In this document: positions 13,311 through 24,299 of the stretch, piece by piece | Numbering within the stretch: the first letter of the stretch is position 1 | Layout: every line of letters starts with the position of its first letter | Origin: Macrostomum lignano | Taxonomy: Eukaryota | Direction of reading: 5' to 3' | Length of the DNA: 64,000 bases | Assembly: GCA_002269645.1 (NCBI GenBank) | Contig: NIVC01000758.1 | Coordinates: forward strand, 124,001-188,000 | The notes under the pieces: model-generated | Databases searched by the model: none | What the model saw: the letters and a program-made list of their open reading frames with translations, nothing else | What the model was told of the DNA's origin: nothing | Position numbers and translations under genes: made by a program

Positions 13311-13607
13311 CATATATGTGCAACAGTTGGCCAAGTTGGCCAATCCAGTTGACTGATATATAGCCAACCAAGGTCAATCACAAAAATGCCCTCCCAAATA
13401 AATACCCAAGTAGTACTAAGTAGATAATGAGGCATTTTGATTTAATAAGACAGTTATAGTTATTCCTGCCATTTACCCAAAGTTGCATTAATTTTGCTTT
13501 AGGGTTTCTATTATATATAAGTTGCATTTTTTGCTAAAAACTATGTCGCATTTTTTGTTAAAACTAAGTTGCATGGCCAATTGAATTTTGGAGGTTGCAC
13601 ATGTATG
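13311..13607. mobile_element. MITE copy A (CATACATGCGCAAC-TIR family), heavily mutated
   Basis: Aligns end to end with 16823-17120. Ends are CATATATGTGCAAC...GTTGCACATGTATG. Flanks ATAAAAAT/ATAACAAT are a 7/8 match to an 8-bp TSD. Confidence 0.9.
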
Positions 13608-13621
13608 ATAACAATGCCCAT

Positions 13622-14646
13622 TGAAGTGTTTGCTTCAGTTACTTCCCTGTCAGTCACGAGAGCTGCCTACCTTGAGCTCTCCTGGGAAGTCCTCGAGTTG
13701 ATCTTGTAGCATCAGTAATGCTGCCACCAGCTTCGCAGAGTCGCAGCCTTTGGTGAGGTGCTAAGCTCGTAGAAGCAAATAACTAAGACGAGAGAAAGAG
13801 ACTCACACTTTGTGCAGATTTAGCAGTTCTCGCGCAGAGGTGCCCACTGTCAGCAGTCCCTACTGGGCTAGTGTAGGGTGAGAGCAAAAGTGCTAGCTTC
13901 GGGCGATCCGAGCTGGCCTGCTAATTGATAGTAGGAGCAATCAGAGGCAGTCACGCGCAAAGTCGGGAGTCTTGGAAGTTCAGACTTAGACATAAACTTG
14001 GCACACAAACTTAGAGTATTCGCTGGACAAAGAGAACGGTTACTCTGGAAAACAGGCTTGCCTGAACCAAGCCACGAGAGGGGCTACATTTATAGGGAGG
14101 ATTGATTGCACCATAGCACGAAAGACCCTTGCTAAGAGTCATGAGTAACTCTGTTGCTATTTTTAGCAACAAACAAGCAGGTCCTGCCTCAGAGGAGGCA
14201 AGGGGGTCAAGGGGGTCTAGGCGCACATGATCTCCCATAAACACGAGCCCAGCGTACAATGATGAAATCATTGCACTTTGGACTAAAGAAGGAAGAAGGC
14301 CTTGTCATGTGACTGGCTCATATGACAAGGGGGAAAAGGCCCACAAGTGGAGGCACTCGTGACCGTGGGACCGGAAAACAGAATAGCATTTCCAAATTTG
14401 GAGATGCCAAACAGAGAACAAAACAGAGGCAAGCCAGACCAAGCTGTCTGGGCACTGCAAAATGAGAACAAGAGGCAAACGGGGGCAAACAAGGACAAAT
14501 AGACAGACAGGCAAACAGGCAAGGGACAGGCCAGAGGACAGGTGGGAAGGGACAGGCAACTGCCCAGTGGCAGACAGGAGCCTGGGGCGAGGGCGAAGGC
14601 AACAGCTGACTAGTGTGGCACCTAACTAAACTAGCAACTTACTACA
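13622..14646 (-). repeat. 3' LTR of the decayed Gypsy element
   Basis: Direct repeat of 22871-23885. Preceded on the minus strand by the purine tract GAATGGGGAGAG (14647-14658). Confidence 0.95.
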
Positions 14647-15049
14647 CTCTCCCCATTCAAATAAAGAGGCAGAATGAAGCGGCGCACACTTTATTTAAAA
14701 CAATTAAACATGTATTTAATGACAATAAAAAGGAAACAACTTGAGCATAAAAGGCTAAAAATGCGGTCTTAAAACTGCTTGGCTGGGCAGGCCATAAAGA
14801 TTGTTGCCCGGTACTGCAGGGGCGCCAGCCTGCTATTAGCAAGCGCCTAAATAGCACGTAGGGGCGCCAGCCCACAGGAGTGATGGCGCCTAAATATTGT
14901 GTGGGGGTGCCGGCCGACCATAGAAGTGGCACCTAAATATAACGGAGGGTCCCCGAATACTCCAGATCTCGGGCCCAGCTACGCCTACCATGAGCGATAC
15001 CTGAATAAAACAAGCCAACTGGCTCAAAGATTCCTGCATAAGGACGTTT

Positions 15050-16384
15050 AATTTGCGCCACAAAACAAGGCAACTTCATTGTCAACAGGGCATATGTCAG
15101 CGTAAGACCGCCAATCAGTCAAAATAACGCAGATGCGGAGTCGTCAAGAGCACCGGCAGGTCTTCTTTGCTGCCACCCATGAATCAGGCAACGCAGATGG
15201 CCACCAGGTGGAGAGCGTATGGCCGGTTCAGCCGCTCCAGGTCGGGGCCAGCCAGGCCGATTGCCTCCTCGAATAACCAACCATCCTTGGCCATGGTCTG
15301 GCGGAGCTCCGCCCAGATTGGACCACCAAGGTCAACAATTTCTCTGCCTTGCCGAGCCGCCTTGATGAGCACAGCTGCCAACAGGTTGGCACCGGCAGAG
15401 ATGATGGTAGCTCAAAATTCTGGGATTGGCGATTTTGTTTGAGTGCCGGCCTCGAGTGTCTCTGCCAGACATCCTGCTCTTGGCAGGGTGTGGCGCAATG
15501 ATGCGGCCAGGTCGGTCAAAACATCCGCAGCGCACGCGGCGGCTCCTTAAGTGTCATCAGCCCAGGACATCAGGGACGGGGCCGCATCGAGATGCCTGGG
15601 GCCCTCGGGGTCCTCTCCGCGTTGACTGGTTCTGCCGGGCTTGCCATGGTGCTCCTACCCGGCTTGCTCACTGGCCGCAGGCCGAGTCCTATCAATATCT
15701 GGAAAAGAATTGCAGACTTAGAGGCAAATGCCTGCCAAGCCTCGCATCACTTGCTGTTTAAGCTACATGTACGCCAAAGCAGCTGCAAGCCGATTGGCCA
15801 TGAGTTGCTGCACTGCCGCATCTGGCAACGGCAAGTCACCCGTGAGGTCAATGACTTCAGGCAAGTGTCGGCGAACACAAGCAGGACGTTGAGCCACACG
15901 GTTCTCTCAAGTGGGCGATGGGCTTTGCCTGGGCGCCAATGTTCAGACTGGCCGCCTATTCCATCTCTGGGGCTCAGGTGATGGCGTGCGGCAGCGTGGG
16001 CACCGATCAGCTTGGCACATCGGCCTCACTGAACCATCACCTTTGGCTATGAGTTGCCAGTTGATTGTCTCCAGCGGGCGCCGTGGTATCCCCATGGTCT
16101 CCGGCAAGACTAAGGTACTGGGCCGGTGCCGGCTATGGCTATGGCTCCGCATCAGACAAGGAGCTTGAGCTAGCTTGGTGCGGGCGCTTATGCATTTCTG
16201 TGCTGCAAGGTTTTAATTTGTGCGCATGCATGTGGGTGGTGCGACTAACATACATCTTGGCCCTTGGATTGCTAATCAGAAGCCTCTCAGGCGGCCTCCA
16301 ATCCTTAACTGGCCTACTTACATCTACCGGTATGGGAGATGCTTCCACCGGAGTGGTGCAAAAAGGTGGCGCAGGAGACTGCAC
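15050..16384 (-). pseudogene. Degenerate extra ORF (ORF3) between pol and the 3' LTR; product unknown
   Basis: The listed ORFs 15943-16152 and 15184-15381 are in the same frame (771 bp apart). The intervening stops are TGA/TAG/TAA, each one C-to-T step from CGA/CAG/CAA. The text reads protein-like (PEVIDLTGD, GPIWAELRQTMAKDGWLFEEAIG). Confidence 0.55.
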
Positions 16385-16396
16385 CGCAGAAAAAGG

Positions 16397-19300
16397 TTAG
16401 GGAAAGGGGGATGCATGGACAGGTAAAAAAGAAGCAGTAGGTGCAGACACATTCAAACTAGGCACACCATCATGGCGATCACCATACGGCAGTGGCTCAC
16501 GCCGAAATGCACTTGCCTGGTTTGCTGGTATCGTGACTGGTCCACCTCTTGGCCATACATCCGGGATCGCCAACGGCCGGAAGTGCCACCAGAAGGCCGG
16601 CCATGCGTTATCGTCATCATCATCATCATCATTGGGATCATCCTCCGGGATCAGTGTCAGGGTCGCAGGTCCTGTACCATCCGGGACATCAGTTGACCTG
16701 CAGCGCATCTTGGCCTTCTCGACTTCTGGATCCAAAGTCAGCTGGTAGTCAGCATCAGGTATGAGTAGCAGATTCCGGCGATGGACTACTAGCTTGTCGC
16801 GCCTGGCCCGCAGATTTGGCACCATACATGCGCAACAGTTGGCCGAGTCAGCCGATCTGGCCGACTGATTTGGCAGCCAACCAAGGAAGTCGCAAAAATG
16901 CCCACCCGAAAAAATACCAAAGTCGTAGTACTAAGTAGCTGATGAGGCATTTTGACTAAATAAGACAGTCATAGTTACTCCTGCTGTTTACCCAAAGTTG
17001 CATTAATTTTGCGTTAGGGCTTTTTTACATGTAAGTCGCATTTTTGGCCAAAAACTATGTCGCATTTTTCTTAAAACTAAGTCGCATGGCTGACCGAATT
17101 TTGAAGGTTGCGCATGTATGTTTGGCACTCTATGGCAAATCTTGTAGACGACCTCGCCCTTGGGTTTGACTAACTCGTACAGCGCTTTGCAAGGTCGATG
17201 GAACTTCGCCGCTTTTTCTGGTTCAAGCAATGGGTTGTTGAGGAAAACTAGGTCACCAGGTTGGAGCTTCTTGGCAGCGGGCAGGTTTGAATAGTGCTCG
17301 TTGCGCAGTTGCTGATGCAGATGCAGGCATTCTTTATCTAGCTCAGTTGCTTTGTCTAGACGGCGCTGGAAGTCCTTGACATAGTCAGGCAGATTGGCAT
17401 ACTCCAGCAGCTTCTTGATCGCGTTGTCAATTGGAAGTTGGAAGTCTCGACCAAACACCAGTTAGTGAGGCATGAAACCTGTCAATGGGTGTACACTAGA
17501 GTGGAGAGCCATCAGACAGGCTGGGAGAAAGGTGTCCCAGTCGTTATGGTTGCGCTCGAGGAGGCAGGTGGGGACACTCTTTAGCTGCTTGTTGAGGTTC
17601 TCAACTTGCCCATTTGAAGCTGGGTTGTATAGCGTTGTGGTTGTATGCTAGATGCCAAACAGGTCGCAGAACTTCTTGAAAGCTGAGCCAGTGAAATTGG
17701 TTTCTTGATCAGTGTGTATCTAGCATGGTACACCAAAGTCAGGGATCAAGCGCTCCTGCAGGATCTTGATGACCATCTTGGCTTTCTGGTTCCTCATCAG
17801 ATAGGCAAATGGGTACTTCAATGTTGCGTCACATAGTGTCAAGATATAGTGGTTCCCACTCTTGCTCTTCTGGGCAATAGGGCCTACTACGTTGCAATGT
17901 ACTCTTCCCAGGACTTTGCACACAGGAAAGCTCTGTACAAGTACTTGGTCTCGTCTTTGAGATTTACTTTCAAGACAGGTGTGGCACTTACTGATAAAGT
18001 TCTTGGTGACACAGGCTAGTTTGGGACTCCAGAATTGTTCATGTAGCCGCTTCAACGTCTTCGTCTGGCTGAGGTGTCCCCACAGTGGCGAACTGTGGAG
18101 CTCCCGGAGCACCTGGGCATCAAGAGACTCAGGCAGGACAACCTTTGGGGACTGCTGGCCGTCGGTCAGATTGGCTATTGTCCTCTCACAGGCTCTCGTA
18201 ATAGCTGAGCAGATTCTGCTGCTCCTTCATCAGCTGCAACCGGGTGTCAAACTCAAGCTTTGGGGCTTTGTTCTCAACCAAGTTGAGCACATAACTGATT
18301 GCTCAGTCGGCGTGCTGCACATCAACAAACTGTTGCCGCGTCATCGGCAACCTCAGAAAATCAGTGAGCACGGCGCGGCATGGCTAAGGGTTCATGACTC
18401 CCGCAGTCTCTGCTTCTGTGGCTTGCAGTTGATCACGCGACTCCATCTTGTTGGCGTCAGGATTAGGTTGCTCCGAGGGACTTTGTCTCACAACGTTGGC
18501 ATACAATTGCTAATCTCGTTTCAAAGTTCTCATTGTCGCTCTCTTGACAGGAATTTCCACAGCTAAAGCAGTGCACTTGCCTCCACTGCACAGCCCAGGC
18601 GACTCTTGGCTGTAGGGTGAGATGCAACACGTGAAGCATGCCTCGTCACAGGCAGCCGTAGCTGTCAGCTCGATCATCGTCGTCATTGGGTGAGTCTTCT
18701 CTAGCACTGGGCAGTGTCGCAAAGGGGGACTCGACTTTCCACACAGGGAATGAGCAGCTGTCTGTTGGCTCGGGGGATAGAGCATTGACCTTTCAGCCAT
18801 CGCGAGAGTCTGGCCTCTGTCAACACGGCGAGAACTCTCAGCGCAAAACTCCAGGGAGTTGAACTTACATTGCTGGTCTGGATTCGCATTGTGGGCTGTT
18901 ATCAGGAGGGCTGCTTGTTCAGTGGCCTCTGAGTTGTAGTCCATGGGCGTCTCCAGGTTCCGAGACCTGCAGTCTTGGACATCATCAAGGAGGTCTATGT
19001 CAGCAGTGGCCTCTAAGGTTTTGTCCGGGCAAATCTCCAAGTAATGGCAGTCAGCATGGGCATCACTGCGGAAGGCTGAGGTATCAGTGGCCTCCAGGTT
19101 GCTGTCCAAACTGGTCTCCAGGCATTGACTGCATCGATGGTCGTTGTGCTGAAAGGCTGCTGGCGCAGTGGCCTCCAGGTCTTTGGCCAGGGCAGTTTTG
19201 GCCTCCTTGTTGCGAGTGTGGACCTTCTTTGTGCAGGCTGCTCTCGCAGTGGCCCCACGTGTGGTGTCCAAGTCCGGCTCCAGGCTGGTGTCATCACTGG

Positions 19301-21633
19301 GTTGGGCTACAGAACCGGGGTGCTCCAGTAGTCGGCCATGTTCAAAGTCAACCAGTGGTATCTCCGGGCGTCTTGACAAGGCGTCAGCGTTGGTGTGGTC
19401 CTTGCCTTTGCAATGGTGAAACTAGAAGCGGAACCTGCTTAATCGCTCAATCCAATGGCCCAAGATGCCTATGACCTGCGTCTGGTTCAGCAGCCACAGC
19501 AAGGCCCAATGGTCAGAACAAACTTCAAACTTCTTGCCAATTAAATAATGACAGAAATGTCGCATTGCGTCTACGATTACAAGCAGCTCTTTCTTCGTGA
19601 CCGTGTAGCGCTTCTCAGGGCGCTCAACGCCGTCAGATTGCCGTTGTCCAAGACAAGCGCCTATGCAAATGTTCGAAGCATCAGTGTCTAGGACAGACTT
19701 CATATCAGGATCTGAGTTAAACTCAGGCAGAGCAAGAACTTTAGTCAAACACAACTTCTTCTTCAACGTGTCGAACGTTACCTGGTGCTCATTAGTCCAA
19801 TGCTGCTGCAGGCTGCCAATGTCCTTTTGAGTCAGGGCATGCAGCGGCGCAGCAAATCCAGCATAGCCATTGACAAACTTGTGGTAATAATTGGCAAGGC
19901 CTAGGAGTTGTCTCAGTTGAGTAATGGACTATGGCACGGGCCAATCACGGATCTGCGCAATCTTGTCCTCATAGGTCTTCAGGCTGTTGGGAGTCACGAC
20001 ATGGCCTAGATAATGTAGCTTCTTGAACAACAAATGGCACTTCTTCTGCTTGACCTTGAGGTTGGCTGCAATAATCCGCTGGAGTACATCCGCAGGTTGT
20101 CCAGCTGCTCCTCAAAGGTCACTGAGTGCACCACAATGTCATCCATGTAGCCAGCGCAGTCTTTGGCGTCAGGCCATCCAGGAGCTTATTGATGCAACGC
20201 TGAAAGCTGCCGGGACTATCGTAGAGACCCATCAATAGAACATTGAAACAGAATTGTCTGCAGTCAATCACAGAGAACGCTTTCAGGTGCTGATCATAGT
20301 TGCGCAGCGGGATCTGCCAGAATCCTTGAGCAAGATCCAAGCTAGAGTACCACTGGGCACCACGCAGCTTCGCAAAGGTCTCTTGAATGTGCGGCAGTGG
20401 GTACAGGTAGTACACGCACTTGTTGTTGAGAGCTCTGAAGTCATGCACCAGCCTAATGTTGCTGTCCTTCTTGGGCACTATTAGCATTGGCGAGTTGTAG
20501 CTAGAATAGGCTGGGCGAATGTGCTTAGCCAACATCTCATCTAGCAGGGCGTCAAGCTTGTCCTTCAGATGAGGTGGGATCCTACGCGGTGGTAGCGCAA
20601 CTGGTGTCCGATCCTTCAGGATGATCTCGTGGGTCACCAGGTATGTCAGGCCAGTGTCTAGCAGGTGCTTTGAGAAGGCTGCTTGACACTCAACTAGTAG
20701 ATCTCACACTCTCTGTCGTTGATCTTTGGACAGTTCGCTGTTGATCTCGACTTCCTCTAGGCAAGCTGTGCTGGAGTCTTCAGGGCTCCTTGGCAAATGT
20801 CGCACTTTAGGTTCCGGCGTCTCTTCCAGGTACATCAGGTCGGCAGTTCTAAGTGGTGTCGCAACACTAACGCGGATGCTGGACTGCAGGAACACCTCAC
20901 AATTAGCAGTGTTGACGACCTCAATGTAGCCTCAACCTTCAGGCATCGTCATCAGAGCTGGAGCTGCTTCCAGAGTATTGCAGCTAGGGTGCAGTCTCAA
21001 CTTCACCAGCTCAACAATTGATGGCGATCCTCGATTCTTAGGGTGGCCGACATCCAACTGGATGGCCAACAGCGCTGAGCTTCTCAGCGGCAGAGTGCAC
21101 TTCTTGGAGGTGTACACCCGGCATGATTGAAGCTCACGGCGCAAATAGCGAATGGGAATGCATGCGCCATTGTTGAACTTTAGCATTCCTTGAGCAAAGT
21201 CCAAGTTCTGGCAGTGCTCATGCATGAAATTAATACCAAGCAGATTTTCACAATTGGTGACCGTGACTAGGAATTCGATGTCCGCGACGACATCACCAAA
21301 CTCCATCAGGATGATCACCTTACAAGCAAGGGGTAGCTGCATACTGTAGTACATGGTCACGCAATCTGGGATAGTATGCGATATAATAAAACTAGGCATC
21401 CTACGTCTAACATTGGCCTAGGTCGACGCTCCAAGAAAGTTTTTCTGACTGCCGCTGTCTAGTAGGAAAGGGACTTCTCGGCCTGCCAATCGGCCGGTGA
21501 CATATGGATCAGCCTCACGCGCATAGATTTTTTGATCATTGGAGGTGTCCACAAAACCTCTGCACTCAGCCTCACTTACTGATGAGCGACTGTTGGCGCC
21601 TGCGCAACGACATCCTCTTCTTCTGGTGAGCAT
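16397..21633 (-). pseudogene. Gypsy pol (protease, RT, RNase H, integrase), frameshifted and interrupted by a MITE
   Basis: FLLDSGS (protease), YPLPHI..SSLDLAQGFWQIPL and YMDD (RT), DTDAS..KKELL..SDHWAL (RNase H), ELHSSPLWGH..CHTC (integrase zinc finger). Confidence 0.92.
16823..17120. mobile_element. MITE copy B, 298 bp, inserted in the Gypsy integrase C-terminal region
   Basis: Perfect 14-bp TIR CATACATGCGCAAC/GTTGCGCATGTATG and perfect 8-bp TSD TTTGGCAC (16815-16822, 17121-17128). The TSD duplicates the VPN codons of pol. Confidence 0.95.
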
Positions 21634-22732
21634 TCAGAGTCTGCCAAGTAGCCGGGGCTTGGGCTCTATTGAGGGCGTTGCCATGGGTGCTCTCCGTCTC
21701 GCCGTTTCCCTGGTTCTGGCGTAATAGGCACTGTGCATTGCAATGACCAGGCTGACCACAGCCATAGCAGATCATGGCTTTCGCAGGCGCACTTGTCTTC
21801 TGCTGCTGGTCACGCTGCACCAGGTTGTCTAGCAGTCGCTGCTGTTTCTCTAGCAGATCAGTCAGAGCTAGGAGAGCTTGAGCGGTGGCATTGGGCATCG
21901 GGTCACCATTGCGCTCCCCATTCAGCATGCAAACTGGGGGTTGAGCAGAGTGCTGCGCCAGTTCCTTGGCGCCTTCCAGACAATGGAGTTCTCGAATAGC
22001 GGCCAGCAGATTGTTTGGGTGGACCCAATAAAGCCACTCGCGCAGATCTGGTGTCGTCCTGATGCCAGCTAGGAACTGATCAGCCAGCTCCCGCTCTCAA
22101 TCCTCAGGGTGCATTCGAGAGTACGCTCACTCTCCCAAGGTGCGCAAGGCATCAGTGTACTCCGCTGACTCATTCTTGCCTTGCTGACAGTGCCTCAGCA
22201 GCTCTCAATATTCATCAGCACTGCCGTGGCGGGCAAATCTCTCAATCAATCGCTGCTTGACCTCGTAGCCAGCATAGCGTAGGAGGTGCATACTAAGCAG
22301 AGCCAGGTAAGCAGTTGCCAGATCTAGACTCGCAATGAGGTGCTGCTTCATCTCAATTGGGTCTTTGATATGCTCCATCTTGCAGCATTGCTCAAATGTG
22401 GCAAGCCAGACATGGATGTCCTGGCTGGGCGTGTACTTTTCAATCTTAACAGACTTGCTTACCGGCCGCTCCATCTGCTGCTGCAGAGCTGCCATCATCG
22501 TTCTCACATCCTGCGGCCTGATGTTCTGGCCAAGGTCATCTAAACCTGGCAGAAGCTCGTCTGGCGGGTCTTCGGACACTTCACTTCTCGCACTTTGCTG
22601 CGGCATTTGCTGACCAAGGTCGTTGACTATTGCTGCTGCAGCAGCTACTGCTGCTGCAGGCCTTGAACTGCTGATATGCTTGTGCTGACTCAACCGGCTG
22701 CTGCACTGGCTCTTTTCTCTCTCGTTAAACAT
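21572..22732 (-). pseudogene. Gypsy gag (capsid-like region plus CCHC zinc knuckle), disrupted
   Basis: WLATFEQCCKMEHIKDP..KQHLIASL capsid-like segment and the CYGCGQPGHCNAQC knuckle. Confidence 0.85.
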
Positions 22733-22845
22733 TTCAAATTAGTAGAATAGCCGAATTCTTACTCAAAAGAGCAGTTGTCTTGGGTGTTTCGAAGTTGGAT
22801 CCTTGACTTGTCACTCGAATCCCAGATAGTCGTGTCGTTGACTCG

Positions 22846-22869
22846 TCGAATCCTACCGCTGAGTCACCA
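22846..22869 (-). promoter_or_regulatory. Primer-binding site, tRNA-Leu-like
   Basis: The minus strand reads TGGTGACTCAGCGGTAGGATTCGA, 1 nt after the LTR's terminal CA. The tRNA assignment is from memory of Leu 3' ends. Confidence 0.7.
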
Positions 22870-22870
22870 A

Positions 22871-23885
22871 TGAAGTGTTTGCTTTGGCTACTTCCCCGAC
22901 AGTCGCGAGAGCTGCCTACCTTGAGCTCTCCTGGGAAGTCCTTGAGTTGATCTTGTAGCATCAGTAATGCTGCCACCAGCTTCGCAGAGTCGCAGCCTTT
23001 GGTGAGGTGCTGAGCTCGTAGAAGCAAATAACTAAGACGAGAGAAAGAGACTCACACTTTGTGCTGATTTAGCAGTTCTCGCGCAGAGGTGCCCATTGTC
23101 AGCAGTCCCTACCAGGCTAGTGTGGGGTGAGAGCAAAAGTGCTAGCTTTGGGCGATCCAAGCTGGCCTGCTAATTAATAGCAAGAGCAATCAGAGGCAGT
23201 CACGCGCAAAGTTGGGAGTCTTGGAAGTTCAGACTTAGACATAAACTTGGCACACAAACTTAGAGTATTCGCTGGACAAAGAGAACGGTTACTCTGGAAA
23301 ACAGGCTTGCCTGAACCAAGCCATGAAAGGGGCTGCATTTATAGGGAGGATTGATTGCACCATAGCACGAAAGACCCTTGCTAAGAGTCATGAGTGACTC
23401 TGTTGCTATTTTTAGCAACAAACAAGCAGGTCCTGCCTCAGAGGAGGCAAGGGGGTCCAGGCGCACGTGATCTCCCATAAACATGAGCCCAGCATACAAT
23501 GATGAAATCATTGCACTTTGGACTGAAGAAGGAAGAAGGCCTTGTCATATGACTGGCTCATATGACAAGGGGGAAAAGGCCCACAAGTGAAGGCACTCGT
23601 GACCGTGGGACCGGAAAACAGAATAGTACTTCCAAATTTGGAGATGCCAGACAGAGAACAAAACAGAGGCAGGCCAGACCAAGCTGTCTGGGCACTGCAA
23701 AACGAGAACAGGAGACAAATGGGGCAAACGAGGACAAACAGACAGATAGGCAAATGGGCAAGGGACAGGCCAGAGGATAGGCAGGAAGGGACAGGCAATT
23801 GCCTAGCGGCAGATAGGAGCCTGGGGCAAAGGCAAAGGCAACAGCTGACTAGTGCGGTGCCTAACTAAACTAGCAACTCACTACA
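22871..23885 (-). repeat. 5' LTR of the decayed Gypsy element
   Basis: Direct repeat of 13622-14646. By hand I count 19 substitutions in the first ~340 bp, 17 of them transitions. Confidence 0.95.
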
Positions 23886-24299
23886 CCATAGATAAGTTTG
23901 AATGGTTATATAAAACTATGTCTTTGGTTTAATTTTTTTATTTTTCTAATTTCAAAAGTTTTGGCAATATTTTTTGCTATATAAAACCATTATTTAGTGA
24001 TTCTTTCCTTTGTTTAAATATATGTTCATGAAAAGGTATTGCAACTATGATAGTAATAAGGTCTTTTGGAATATTACTTTTAAACTACTTTTGGAATAGT
24101 TAGGATTTGGGTTTTTTGGGTTTAAAACTTTTTATAAAAACAAAAAGCTATTAAAATTAGGTTTATGCTTAGGTCAATATAGGTCAAAGTTATTATTTAT
24201 ATGGGGCCTAACTATTTTAAGTTAAGTATATAGACCTTATTAAAATTAAATTTTTGTGATTTCTATTATTTTCAAATTAGGCTTCTATGTCTTTTTCAT

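Larger units (their letters stand above)
13622..23885 (-). mobile_element. Full-length decayed Ty3/Gypsy LTR retrotransposon (10.3 kb)
   Basis: Two ~1-kb direct repeats (minus-strand TGTAG...CTTCA), a 4-bp TSD CCAT (13618-13621 and 23886-23889), PBS, PPT, and the order gag-PR-RT-RNaseH-IN. Many stops and frameshifts. Confidence 0.95.
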
